A DNA stretch of 58,873 nucleotides from a virus. Taxonomy: Duplodnaviria; Caudoviricetes. Under the pieces are notes generated by a model. The model was not told the origin of the DNA. It saw only the letters and a program-made list of their open reading frames with translations, and did no database searches. Positions 28,689 to 37,500 of the stretch are shown one piece after another. The stretch is taken from the IMG/VR virus record IMGVR_UViG_3300043036_000281, positions 1 through 58,873 of that record; one strand, 5' to 3'. The number at the start of each line of letters is the position of its first letter. Position 1 is the first letter of the stretch. The position numbers and the translations under genes were made by a program.

Positions 28689-30134
28689 TTAAACGGTGAA
28701 TGGACGCCAGACTGCGCCGTTTGGCACGATGTTTTTGATCACAACGTGGTGCTTGCGCTTGGCGATCCGCAGGTAGCCGAACATCAGCTGGGCCCAAGGA
28801 ATTACCGCGCTCACGGTTGGGTACAGCGGGAACTTCAACATCGGCAACAGCTGGCGCCAGTTGATCGCGGAATCGCCTGGGTTGCAGTTGAGGATGTAGG
28901 CGCTGGTCGAGCCCGGGATGTCGCGGTTGAGGTCGGTGTACACGGTGCTTGCACCGGTGCGAGCGACACGCGCCATCTGACGGAAGTCAGTGACAGTGTT
29001 GGTGCCGTTCTGGCGACCACGGTAGATCACGTAGCCAGTTTCAGCGCCGCCGACCGATTGAGCGATGGTCAGAGCAACCTGTTTGCCCGCTGCTACCGTC
29101 ACCTGGGAAGTGATAACCCCGGTGGACTGGCCTTTGGCGTTGATGCCAGTAACCAGGTAGTAGTAGTTGCCAGCACGCGCCGCAGTGAACTGGGACGAGG
29201 CGTTGTCAACGGTCGCGACCGGGGTCACGCTCGCAGGCTTGAAGGTGTCGTTCGCCACAGCCAGAGCCGAGAAACCAACCTGGAACGGCAGTTGCTGCGC
29301 TTCGTCACGGATGAACACGTCCGGCACGGCTGCGATGTTGCCCCAGCTGGTACGGATGCCGGAAACCGGCGAACCCAGCATGATGCTGTTCGGCTGGTTA
29401 TCCAGCGCTACGCGCCAGGCCGGATCGAGGCCGGTGTCGAAGTCGCTTTGAGTCGACTGGGACATGAACAGGTGAGTCGGCGTACCGAAGTTGCCGTAGC
29501 CACTGATGGTGGCGGCCGCTTTGTTGATCAGGTCAACAGAGGCCAGGCTCGCGCCTTGGGCGTCCAGGACGTGATCCGAGCTACCGAGGCTTGCGATCTG
29601 CACTTCGATGCCGTCGAACTCGGTGTTAACCACCGAAGAGTCGCCTTCGAAGCACAGGAACTCGGCGTCGGTCAGCAGTTGCTTGGCGCCGTTTTGCTGC
29701 TCGACAGCTTCCGAGTCAGCAATGGTGTTTTGCAGCGATTGAACCAGGGTCACTTCGCGACGGGTCATCAGGTACTTCACAGTACCTACGCGACGAGCAT
29801 AGTCGCCGGTTGCCGCGGCAATGGTGCCGGATTCAGTGTTGGTCGAACCGCCCAGGAAACCACCGACGCCGGACTGTTCAGTCCATTCGTCCACGGTCGC
29901 CGTTGCGTTGCCCTTGGCGATCAGGTTGAACAGGCGGAAGTGCTTGTTCTCCTGGATGGTCGCCATCATGGTTTTATCCAGGGACTGGATACGCAGCGCG
30001 CCACCACCGGTGAGCGTGGCAACGTCGGTGCCGTAACCGGCTTCGAGCGCTTTACGCAGCTCGGCGACGCTTTCCATTTGCATACCGCCGGTGGTCGAAG
30101 AACCGGCGGCCAAATCTGGCAGATTGATGTTCAT
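28689..30134 (-). CDS. Major capsid protein precursor
   Basis: KAL.AGY...GGGALR.QSL N-terminus; E..CF.GD....EFDG; inserted beta domain. Confidence 0.85.
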   Translation of the reverse strand: MNINLPDLAAGSSTTGGMQMESVAELRKALEAGYGTDVATLTGGGALRIQSLDKTMMATIQENKHFRLFNLIAKGNATATVDEWTEQSGVGGFLGGSTNTESGTIAAATGDYARRVGTVKYLMTRREVTLVQSLQNTIADSEAVEQQNGAKQLLTDAEFLCFEGDSSVVNTEFDGIEVQIASLGSSDHVLDAQGASLASVDLINKAAATISGYGNFGTPTHLFMSQSTQSDFDTGLDPAWRVALDNQPNSIMLGSPVSGIRTSWGNIAAVPDVFIRDEAQQLPFQVGFSALAVANDTFKPASVTPVATVDNASSQFTAARAGNYYYLVTGINAKGQSTGVITSQVTVAAGKQVALTIAQSVGGAETGYVIYRGRQNGTNTVTDFRQMARVARTGASTVYTDLNRDIPGSTSAYILNCNPGDSAINWRQLLPMLKFPLYPTVSAVIPWAQLMFGYLRIAKRKHHVVIKNIVPNGAVWRPFTV

Positions 30135-30174
30135 TTGTTGCCCCTATTGCAGGATTAAAGGTTTGGCAGCCGGT

Positions 30175-30828
30175 TTAGGCCATTACTTTGGCGCGAATAT
30201 CCGCAGGGATTTCGATGCCGCGGTTCAGATACGACTCGGCACGCGCCACGTCCAGGCCGGAGAGTTTCCCTTGCTCCTGGAGAGTGAGTGCTTTCGCCAT
30301 GAATTCAGCAGGACCCATACCGGTCGGCTCGGACTTCGCCAGGGTAGCCGGATCAACTTTGTCGACCAGGGTCACGGCGGTTTTACGACCGCGGCCAGCA
30401 TTGGCCAGACGGGTTACGTCAGCCTGCAGGGACTTGATCATGTCGCCTTGGGTTTTGATGGTGCCCACGGTGATTTCCAGGGCCTTGGTCAGAGCAGTTT
30501 CAACACCGTCCTGGCGTGCGCCGAGGGCCTTCAGCAACTCGGTGGCATCGAAGGCTTCAACCTTGGTGCCGTCGTCAAGAGTCAGGTCGAACGATTTGCC
30601 CATGGCTTCATCGCCTTCCTTCTTGATGACAGGCTTGCCGGTTTTATCGTTGGTGCCGTCGTCATCCAGATCGCCATTGGCCTTGTCGTCGGCGGCATTG
30701 GCGATGTTTTGGTCATCGGCCTTGTCGTCGTTCGGGGCATAGGATTTCTGCATCACTTCGCCTTCGTCTTTCAAGGCGTTCAGGTCAGCGATCAGCGCGT
30801 CAAACGGATTTGCAGTAGTGCCAGTCAT
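30175..30828 (-). CDS. Scaffolding-like protein
   Basis: Acidic/coiled-coil, between protease and capsid; many K-A/K-S sites. Confidence 0.65.
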   Translation of the reverse strand: MTGTTANPFDALIADLNALKDEGEVMQKSYAPNDDKADDQNIANAADDKANGDLDDDGTNDKTGKPVIKKEGDEAMGKSFDLTLDDGTKVEAFDATELLKALGARQDGVETALTKALEITVGTIKTQGDMIKSLQADVTRLANAGRGRKTAVTLVDKVDPATLAKSEPTGMGPAEFMAKALTLQEQGKLSGLDVARAESYLNRGIEIPADIRAKVMA

Positions 30829-31739
30829 GATTTACTCCGGTTTTTCAGCTCGGTATTAAGGTCGCGCATGAAGCGCTCTACGGTTTTCGCCGCTTCATCC
30901 AGCGACACTCCGAACGTCTTGGCGGCATACTCAACGAGTTGTCGCGCGCCAGGGTTCTTACCGGCACTCCCGTTTTTGAGGGCGCTGGCGAGTTTGTTGC
31001 GGAAGTCCCAGTAGTTGGCTGGAGCTCCGTGCAGGCTTTGGGTGCGCATGGCCCCGCCGCCAGTAAGCGTTGCCGAGTCGGTGCCGTAACCGGCTTCCAA
31101 CGTCTTGGCCATGACAAAACCGTTCAACGCTTTGGCGAAAACGCCAATCGGAGCGGTATTGATTTCGGAAACTGTTTTGTTGACCGGGCAGCGATCGAGG
31201 GCGATGTTGTTCCAGCGCACTTCCTCAATCACAGCAACTCGCTGCTGGGTCTTCGGATCGAACTGGACGGACTTCGACAGGACCGCGCCACCTACGGACG
31301 GATACCAGCGCATCGGCGGACTCTGTGACGTCAGCGTCTCCCAGACCATATTGGCGTTACGCGCCTGGGGCGAGTCGCCACGGTAAAGCTGGGCCTTCAC
31401 GAAGGTCTTCTTGCCATCCATCCTGACCGCCACCGGCTTGCCGATTTCGTATTCAAGATGGTTCGGGATGCCGGCTTTCGGCCCCATGATCGAGTAGTGC
31501 GACAGGTCGATGTTGCCGTGGCGCAGGTAATACTCAGAAGAGGCCTTGAGCGCCTTTTGCAGAACGATTTCATTCTGGTGGTCGACGTCCTCATTGCTGG
31601 CTTCCAAATAGATGAAGCGCTCCCCGTCCTCGCTAGAGGCGGTTGCTTTGAGCAGTCCACCCACGCTGATAAAGCCGGGGACTTCTGCTAGCAGTTCTTC
31701 ATCATTCGCGGTCAACGTCGTTGCACCTATATCGTTCAT
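30825..31739 (-). CDS. Prohead protease
   Basis: AS.E.VD...E, GNIDLSH, SVGG, P.N motifs. Confidence 0.75.
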   Translation of the reverse strand: MNDIGATTLTANDEELLAEVPGFISVGGLLKATASSEDGERFIYLEASNEDVDHQNEIVLQKALKASSEYYLRHGNIDLSHYSIMGPKAGIPNHLEYEIGKPVAVRMDGKKTFVKAQLYRGDSPQARNANMVWETLTSQSPPMRWYPSVGGAVLSKSVQFDPKTQQRVAVIEEVRWNNIALDRCPVNKTVSEINTAPIGVFAKALNGFVMAKTLEAGYGTDSATLTGGGAMRTQSLHGAPANYWDFRNKLASALKNGSAGKNPGARQLVEYAAKTFGVSLDEAAKTVERFMRDLNTELKNRSKS

Positions 31740-31746
31740 GGCCTGA

Positions 31747-31762
31747 ATTCTGCTGTCACGAC
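31747..31762 (-). promoter_or_regulatory. Late-promoter-like motif, predicted leaderless
   Basis: GTCGTGAC-AG-CAGAAT-7 nt-ATG(31739). Confidence 0.65.
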
Positions 31763-32016
31763 TGCGAGCCAGTCTTTTGTCGTGTTGCCTGTTGCGTTGT
31801 CACGAGCTGACCACGCTCCTGCACCAGGGCCATGTATTCATCTGCCGCGTCGCTATCGAGGATCACATTCGGGCGCAACTCGGCCAGCATCTGGTCGACC
31901 TTGGCCAGACGATCGCCAGCCGATTGGCCGATGCGATCGTCAGAAGCCTGGACACGCGCATGTAGGCCGGCGACCTTGGCCAGCTGCTTGTGCACGTTGT
32001 CGATGGTGTCGCGCAT
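31756..32016 (-). CDS. Hypothetical helical protein (86 aa)
   Basis: MRDTIDNVHKQ...; own promoter motif upstream. Confidence 0.6.
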   Translation of the reverse strand: MRDTIDNVHKQLAKVAGLHARVQASDDRIGQSAGDRLAKVDQMLAELRPNVILDSDAADEYMALVQERGQLVTTQQATRQKTGSQS

Positions 32017-32043
32017 AAAAAATCCCCGCTCAGTGGCGGGGAT
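32017..32043 (-). terminator. Intrinsic terminator after the methylase, overlapping the next promoter
   Basis: ATCCCCGC-CACTGA-GCGGGGAT-TTTTT. Confidence 0.65.
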
Positions 32044-32057
32044 CATGAAGTCACGAC
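32042..32057 (-). promoter_or_regulatory. Late-promoter-like motif
   Basis: GTCGTGAC-TT-CATGAT. Confidence 0.6.
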
Positions 32058-32064
32058 TTGAAGG

Positions 32065-33348
32065 TCAGATCAGAGAGAGCTGACTCGATTCATCCTTGGC
32101 GAACTGCTGGGCGTACAAGATGCGCGCCTCAGCCATTGCCAGATAGGATTTGTCATTGTCGATGCCGATGAAGTTGAAGCCTTCCAGCATGGCGGCCTTG
32201 CCCGTGCTGCCGGAGCCGACGAACATATCCAGCGCCGTCCCACCAGGTGGCGTCACCAGGCGCAAAAGGTAGGCCATCAGGTCAGTGGGCTTGACTGTCG
32301 GGTGCGTGTTGCCTTTCAGCTCTGCGTTTTCAACCATACGCAAAGTGGTCCCCTGCTTGAACTGGGCCCCGGGATTCAACATGCCTTCATGCCGATCGGT
32401 GCGGCTGGTCTTCGCGCAGTAATAGAAGCGCGCCGCACTGCCACTGTCACCATGGAAAGCACCGGCCACTCGTTCGATCATGCCGCTGTACTTTACGTTT
32501 CCGCTGAATCCGTTGGCGGTCGGCTCAGTGCCAAGGACCGGCGCCGATGCACCCGCCTCAGCCGGAAACATCGCCACCACTTCAGCACAACCGTCGTGAA
32601 TCAGGTTCGCTGGCCATCGTCCGGAAGGCTGGACATATTCCCCCGCAGACGCGCCGATCACATTCAATCCGCTACCCTGGCGCATGGCCGAGGACACCGA
32701 CCGACGCCCACCTTCGGTGTACGCGCCGCCGTTCAAATCTTCTTCGGTTGAGATTCGGCAAGCGTCGACGTTCAGCGCACCCACGCCATGCTCGAGCATG
32801 TTTTCCGCTACGGTAGCCGGGAATGGCTTGCGCGCCATGCAGATCGGCTCGTGTGCCGGCTTGAGCGCAGTGCCCCAGCCTTCATGGTCGCCCTTGAGGT
32901 TATGCGACTTCGGGAAGCCGGAACCGAACACCCACATGATCTGGTCGCGGATCTCGAAGCCGGCCATTTCAATCCCGACCGCCAGGTGGTGATAGGTGCG
33001 CGGCGAAGCGAAGGACAACAGGTGACCGCCAGGCTTGAGCACCCGCAGCGCTTCACTCGCCCACTCGAATGTGAAAGCCTGAAATGCCTTCATGCCACCA
33101 GGTGTCAAGTCGTACTTTCCAGCTTCAGCGGCGCGCGAGTTGTGCCCGCCTGTTTCGCCGGCGGCGAGCGCCTGTGACGGCATGCTTGATCGATACGCCG
33201 TGCGCTCTTCGATGTCCTTGCCATCCCAGGCCTTACCCATAAATCTGATCCCGTAGGGAGGGTCTGTGCAGATGCTGTCGATTGAGTTGTCAGCCAACGT
33301 GCGCATGACCTCAATGCAATCGCCCAGGTGCAGCGTGTATTCAGCCAT
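32065..33348 (-). CDS. DNA methyltransferase, beta class (N6-A/N4-C)
   Basis: DPPY before HPTVKP and DMFVGSGSTG. Confidence 0.9.
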   Translation of the reverse strand: MAEYTLHLGDCIEVMRTLADNSIDSICTDPPYGIRFMGKAWDGKDIEERTAYRSSMPSQALAAGETGGHNSRAAEAGKYDLTPGGMKAFQAFTFEWASEALRVLKPGGHLLSFASPRTYHHLAVGIEMAGFEIRDQIMWVFGSGFPKSHNLKGDHEGWGTALKPAHEPICMARKPFPATVAENMLEHGVGALNVDACRISTEEDLNGGAYTEGGRRSVSSAMRQGSGLNVIGASAGEYVQPSGRWPANLIHDGCAEVVAMFPAEAGASAPVLGTEPTANGFSGNVKYSGMIERVAGAFHGDSGSAARFYYCAKTSRTDRHEGMLNPGAQFKQGTTLRMVENAELKGNTHPTVKPTDLMAYLLRLVTPPGGTALDMFVGSGSTGKAAMLEGFNFIGIDNDKSYLAMAEARILYAQQFAKDESSQLSLI

Positions 33349-33349
33349 C

Positions 33350-34111
33350 TTAATCATCCCCGTCATAGCAGCCGCATGGCATATCGGCTGGCTGGTCAAA
33401 CATTGTCATTTGCTCTTGGTGCGAGCGCAAAAGGTCAGCCCAACGCCAGCGACGGCCCAGGCCCTTGATCGAGGTCAGGTCGGCATTCTCTTCCATCTCG
33501 ATGGCGCGCAACTTCAGTTCAGGAGGCAGCGCCAGGATTTCGGGGATCTTGCTGTTCGGGCAGAAGAAACACGAACTCTTACCTGGAAGCGGCAGACCAG
33601 CAGCGCGGATCGAGTCAATGCACTCGTCGCGCCCCATGTCCCACTCGATCAACGGGTAACGCCACAGGTATTTTTTGCTTTCCTGGAACCGCGCAGCACG
33701 GTGCGGCTCGCCCGCGTCATAACCGATGCACTTCACAACCTGGATGCCGGCCGCCCATGCCTCTTTGGCCGGCGCCCAGTTGTTGGCGAACTTCTCCTGA
33801 GGCTCAACCTTGAACCGCTGCGAACAGGTCTTGAAGCCGTAGGCAACGCTCGGTAGCTGTTTCAGTCGCAGCAGCACCTGTTCCAGGGTTTCGACGGTTC
33901 CGCCTTTCTTAACCACAGTGATGGGCGGCATCCCGTGGGCAACCAGCCAAGCACTTAATATCTCCAGGTAGGCGTAGGTTTCAGGACGCTCGCCACCAGT
34001 GTCGGCGAAGGTGATGACATCCACCTTCTCGCAGCGCTTGACCATCTCGACCAGCATCGCAGTGCTGTTGGTTCCAAGGCCGCAACTGACCATGATCGGT
34101 CGATCAAGCAT
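33350..34111 (-). CDS. PAPS-reductase-family (PP-loop) protein
   Basis: SCGLGTNS, FADTG.E, C...FK..P, GYD..E..R, YPL, KSSCFFCP, C-terminal PCGC. Confidence 0.8.
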   Translation of the reverse strand: MLDRPIMVSCGLGTNSTAMLVEMVKRCEKVDVITFADTGGERPETYAYLEILSAWLVAHGMPPITVVKKGGTVETLEQVLLRLKQLPSVAYGFKTCSQRFKVEPQEKFANNWAPAKEAWAAGIQVVKCIGYDAGEPHRAARFQESKKYLWRYPLIEWDMGRDECIDSIRAAGLPLPGKSSCFFCPNSKIPEILALPPELKLRAIEMEENADLTSIKGLGRRWRWADLLRSHQEQMTMFDQPADMPCGCYDGDD

Positions 34112-34514
34112 TGGCGGCAAGCTCCTGCTTGATCGCGCGCTGGATGAACTTCGGAATACGCGGGGCTCGAACGAACACTGTCGGGCACGGGAGTACTTCA
34201 ACCGATTCGTATACGGGGATTTCCAGGCGGACCGCTTCGATGATCTCGCCGATGGTGCCGCTGGACATCTGCCAGCCTGGGCAAAGCACGACCGCATCAC
34301 AGCGGCGCATCAGCTCCATGGTTGCATCGAGCCAAAACTGCTCATCGCCTGGGCGAATGACTTCGTCCATGTGCGCGGTGTTCATGTGAGGGATGATCGG
34401 CGAATAGCCCTTCTGGGCGACCAGGCAACCGACCTTCATCGACGACTGAATATTGAGTTGAATGCCTGCGCGCGTGGCGTGGCGATATGGACCAGCAACA
34501 TAAATCACTTTCAT
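34104..34514 (-). CDS. Nucleoside 2-deoxyribosyltransferase-like protein (DUF4406/DUF1937-like)
   Basis: IYVAGPY...CDAVV...GW..S.G...E. Confidence 0.75.
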   Translation of the reverse strand: MKVIYVAGPYRHATRAGIQLNIQSSMKVGCLVAQKGYSPIIPHMNTAHMDEVIRPGDEQFWLDATMELMRRCDAVVLCPGWQMSSGTIGEIIEAVRLEIPVYESVEVLPCPTVFVRAPRIPKFIQRAIKQELAANA

Positions 34515-34567
34515 CAGCTCGGCTCCCCGTTTTATTAGTCAGGCTGCATTATTATGCAGCCGTAACA

Positions 34568-37500
34568 TTAAAACAAGCTGCCGGACTGCTCTTGTTGTCG
34601 ATCACGGCGCTGCTTGAGGAAATACGCCAGGCCACTATCATCCAGGCCTTCGAGCGGACTGGTGACCAGGTCACGCAGTGCGTATTTCGTCTGGAGCCTG
34701 GCCCTGTCCGCCCGTTCCATCGGATGATCGGCCACCAGGTCAGCCAGCTCGACGTCGTTCTTCTGCCCGGTGCGGTAGATCCGGCCTTGCCGCTGGGCAT
34801 GGGTCATAGCTGTTTCCGGCGTGTCGATCGCCGTCAACCACTGACCGCGCTGAATGTTCATGCCGGTCGCCGCCGCATCGGAGGCTACCAGGATATCGGC
34901 CTGGGCTTCTGCACCACCCTCAGGGTTGAACATCTGCCGCTTGGCCTCCTTTTCCTTCGAGCTGTCGGCGCCGGTGATTGTCGCCACCCGGAAGCCTTCT
35001 TTTTCCAGCCTGGCTTTCAGAATCGCCACACCCTCGAGCGAGCGTGTGAAGAACACCCCGGGCTTACCCTTGCGCTCACGCGCATAGTTCACCGCGGCCT
35101 CAAACTTGGCGCCGTCCGGATGGTTGTTGATCACCCGGCGCACGGCCGGACGTTTAAGCAAGCCGATGTTCTTCTGCAGGGCCTTGGCGATTGCTTCGTG
35201 CCTCTCCTCAGGCACACCCGCGAACTGTTCCGGCGCCAGGGCCTTGGCCGACTCGATATCGACGCGACCACCCATGCGCGCCAGGCGCAGAGCCAACGCG
35301 TGACGGTCGATCTTTTCCAGTTCGGTTTTCTGCTGGTCGTTGAGCTGGACCTTGATCTCCTGGCGATTGGCGCCGGTTTCAGGGTCAATCTTCGACGGGT
35401 AGAAGTAGCGCGCCATTTCCCGGCGCAACGAATCCTTGCTTGCCGCGGTGTCGACGCCGTATTTACGCATGAAGGTATCGCGGTCCATGTAGTTGCCGCC
35501 GGCCAGCTTGGTCATGGCGTCGTGCAACTCGGACAGGTCATTCTTGACCGGGTCCGCGGTGGCGCTCACGAAGTACTCGCTGTTGTCCGTAGCGGCATCG
35601 ATCACATTGGCCATGCCGCTGTCTTCTTTGCCTTTTCGGTTCAGCGTGTTGTGCCCTTCGTCGACCATGATGTACTGATGGTCGATGCCTTCCTTGTCCA
35701 TCACGGCGCGGATCCAGGCCTTGCGATCGCCCCGGCTCATTTCGCCCAGCTTCTGGCTCATCTGGTCCTCAGGAATCCCCGCGTGCTGCGCTCCGAGTTT
35801 CACCATGTCATCGCGAAACGATTGGTGCGTCACCACGGTGAAACTGTTTTCCGGATCCTTATAGGCCTGCAAACGCGACTCGAACGACGCGCCGGGCTCC
35901 GCATGCCACTTGAATTTGCCAGGCTCCAGGTAGCGCAGCGCCTCACCGCCGAACTGGCCCTGGACGATCGATGGCACGACAAACAAACCCTTCTTGATTT
36001 TGCCCTGCTCGTGCAGGTGCGAGAAGCCGCCCAGGCCGATCGCGGTTTTACCCGTGCCGACGCCGAACGCCAGACCGACCCGCTTGTTCGCATCGAGGAG
36101 CTTGATAGCGCGCTGCCGCGGCGCCCCGGACCCGCTCATCGTTGGCTGCCACAGTTTCAGCGCCTGGCCCGGTTTGAAATTCTTTCCCACGACGGACATC
36201 ATGCTGGCGATTTTCTGCTCGGCGGCATGGCCCAGGGTATAGCGCTCATCAGCACCAAGCGCCTTTTCCTGTTCGGTGGCGGGCATTTCCTCAGAGGAAA
36301 ACATCCCGAGCTGCGACTGCTCGAAAGCGGCCTGCTGTTCCCGCTGCTGATCCAGCTTGTCGATCACGCTGCCACTGGCGTACTTGCCGCCGACGCGCTC
36401 GCGCAGACCATCACGCAAGGCAGTTTCCTTCGCCTCCCTGGCGGCCCGTGCTTTAGGATCGACCGTGTCCAGGTGGTCCAGGTTGTTGCGGATCACCGTG
36501 TGGCCGAGTTTCAGTGCACCCTTCGGGTTGAGCGTGTTGTAATTCTCGTGAAAGCCTTTCGCGATCTTCGAGCGGATCAGATCCTGGGCCGCTTCGTAAG
36601 CCTTGGCTGTGCTGCCCATGGCCTTGACGTATTTGCCCCAACTCAGGCTGCTGCTGTTGTGCTGGGCAGCCAGGTCATCACGCTCGGACTTCCAGGCCAG
36701 CCACTCAGGGTTATTCGCCTGCTCGCCAAACATATCGGTGACATGCTGCTCAGGCTCATTCGCCACGAGCGCGTCCAGCTTCTGCCGGATCTCCCCGGCC
36801 TCGGGCGACTCATGCGCAACCTCACGAGCGAAGTACTCCCGTAGCGCGCGCTGGTCTTTGTGATCCAGTTCGCCGATCGGCTTGTACGCGGCTACCCCGG
36901 ATGGCTCGGCCGACAGGGCACGGTGCAACGCATCGACAGACGTCTGGTCCATGTCGAACTGCTGACGATGAAGCGGCGTCAGATCAGCGCCGTAGCGTTT
37001 CTCGACGAACTCGTCTGCCATTTTCTCGAACGACGATTGCAGCGACTCGTTCCGAATCTGCTTGCCGTCTGCATCCTGGGCGGGCGCCAGCTTATCCAGC
37101 GCCTGCATGTATTGGTCACGGCGATCGCCAGCCTTCTGCATGAACGTCTCGGACTGCAAGTCGGCGACGATATCGGCAGGCGAATCACCATCAGCTGCAC
37201 GCCCACCAATGTAATCGGCCAGCGACTGTTCAGCGTCAGCACCAACCTCGAACGGGATGGCCAGTTTCGCCGCGACGCCCGGTTTCGGTTTCAGGTCCAG
37301 ATCTGGCCGGTTGGCAAAACCCTTAGGAAGCCATTGGTCTTCGTCCTGCTTGCCTTCGATGATGTCCAGGTTCCGGCGGATCTGCTGCATCGATTCACGG
37401 TCGACCGGCTCGGCCAAGCGATCCATGCCGCTGGCGGTGATGGTCAGGAAGGTTTGCCCGCCGACGGGATCGATTGAGTAATCACCGCGTTGCAAACCAA

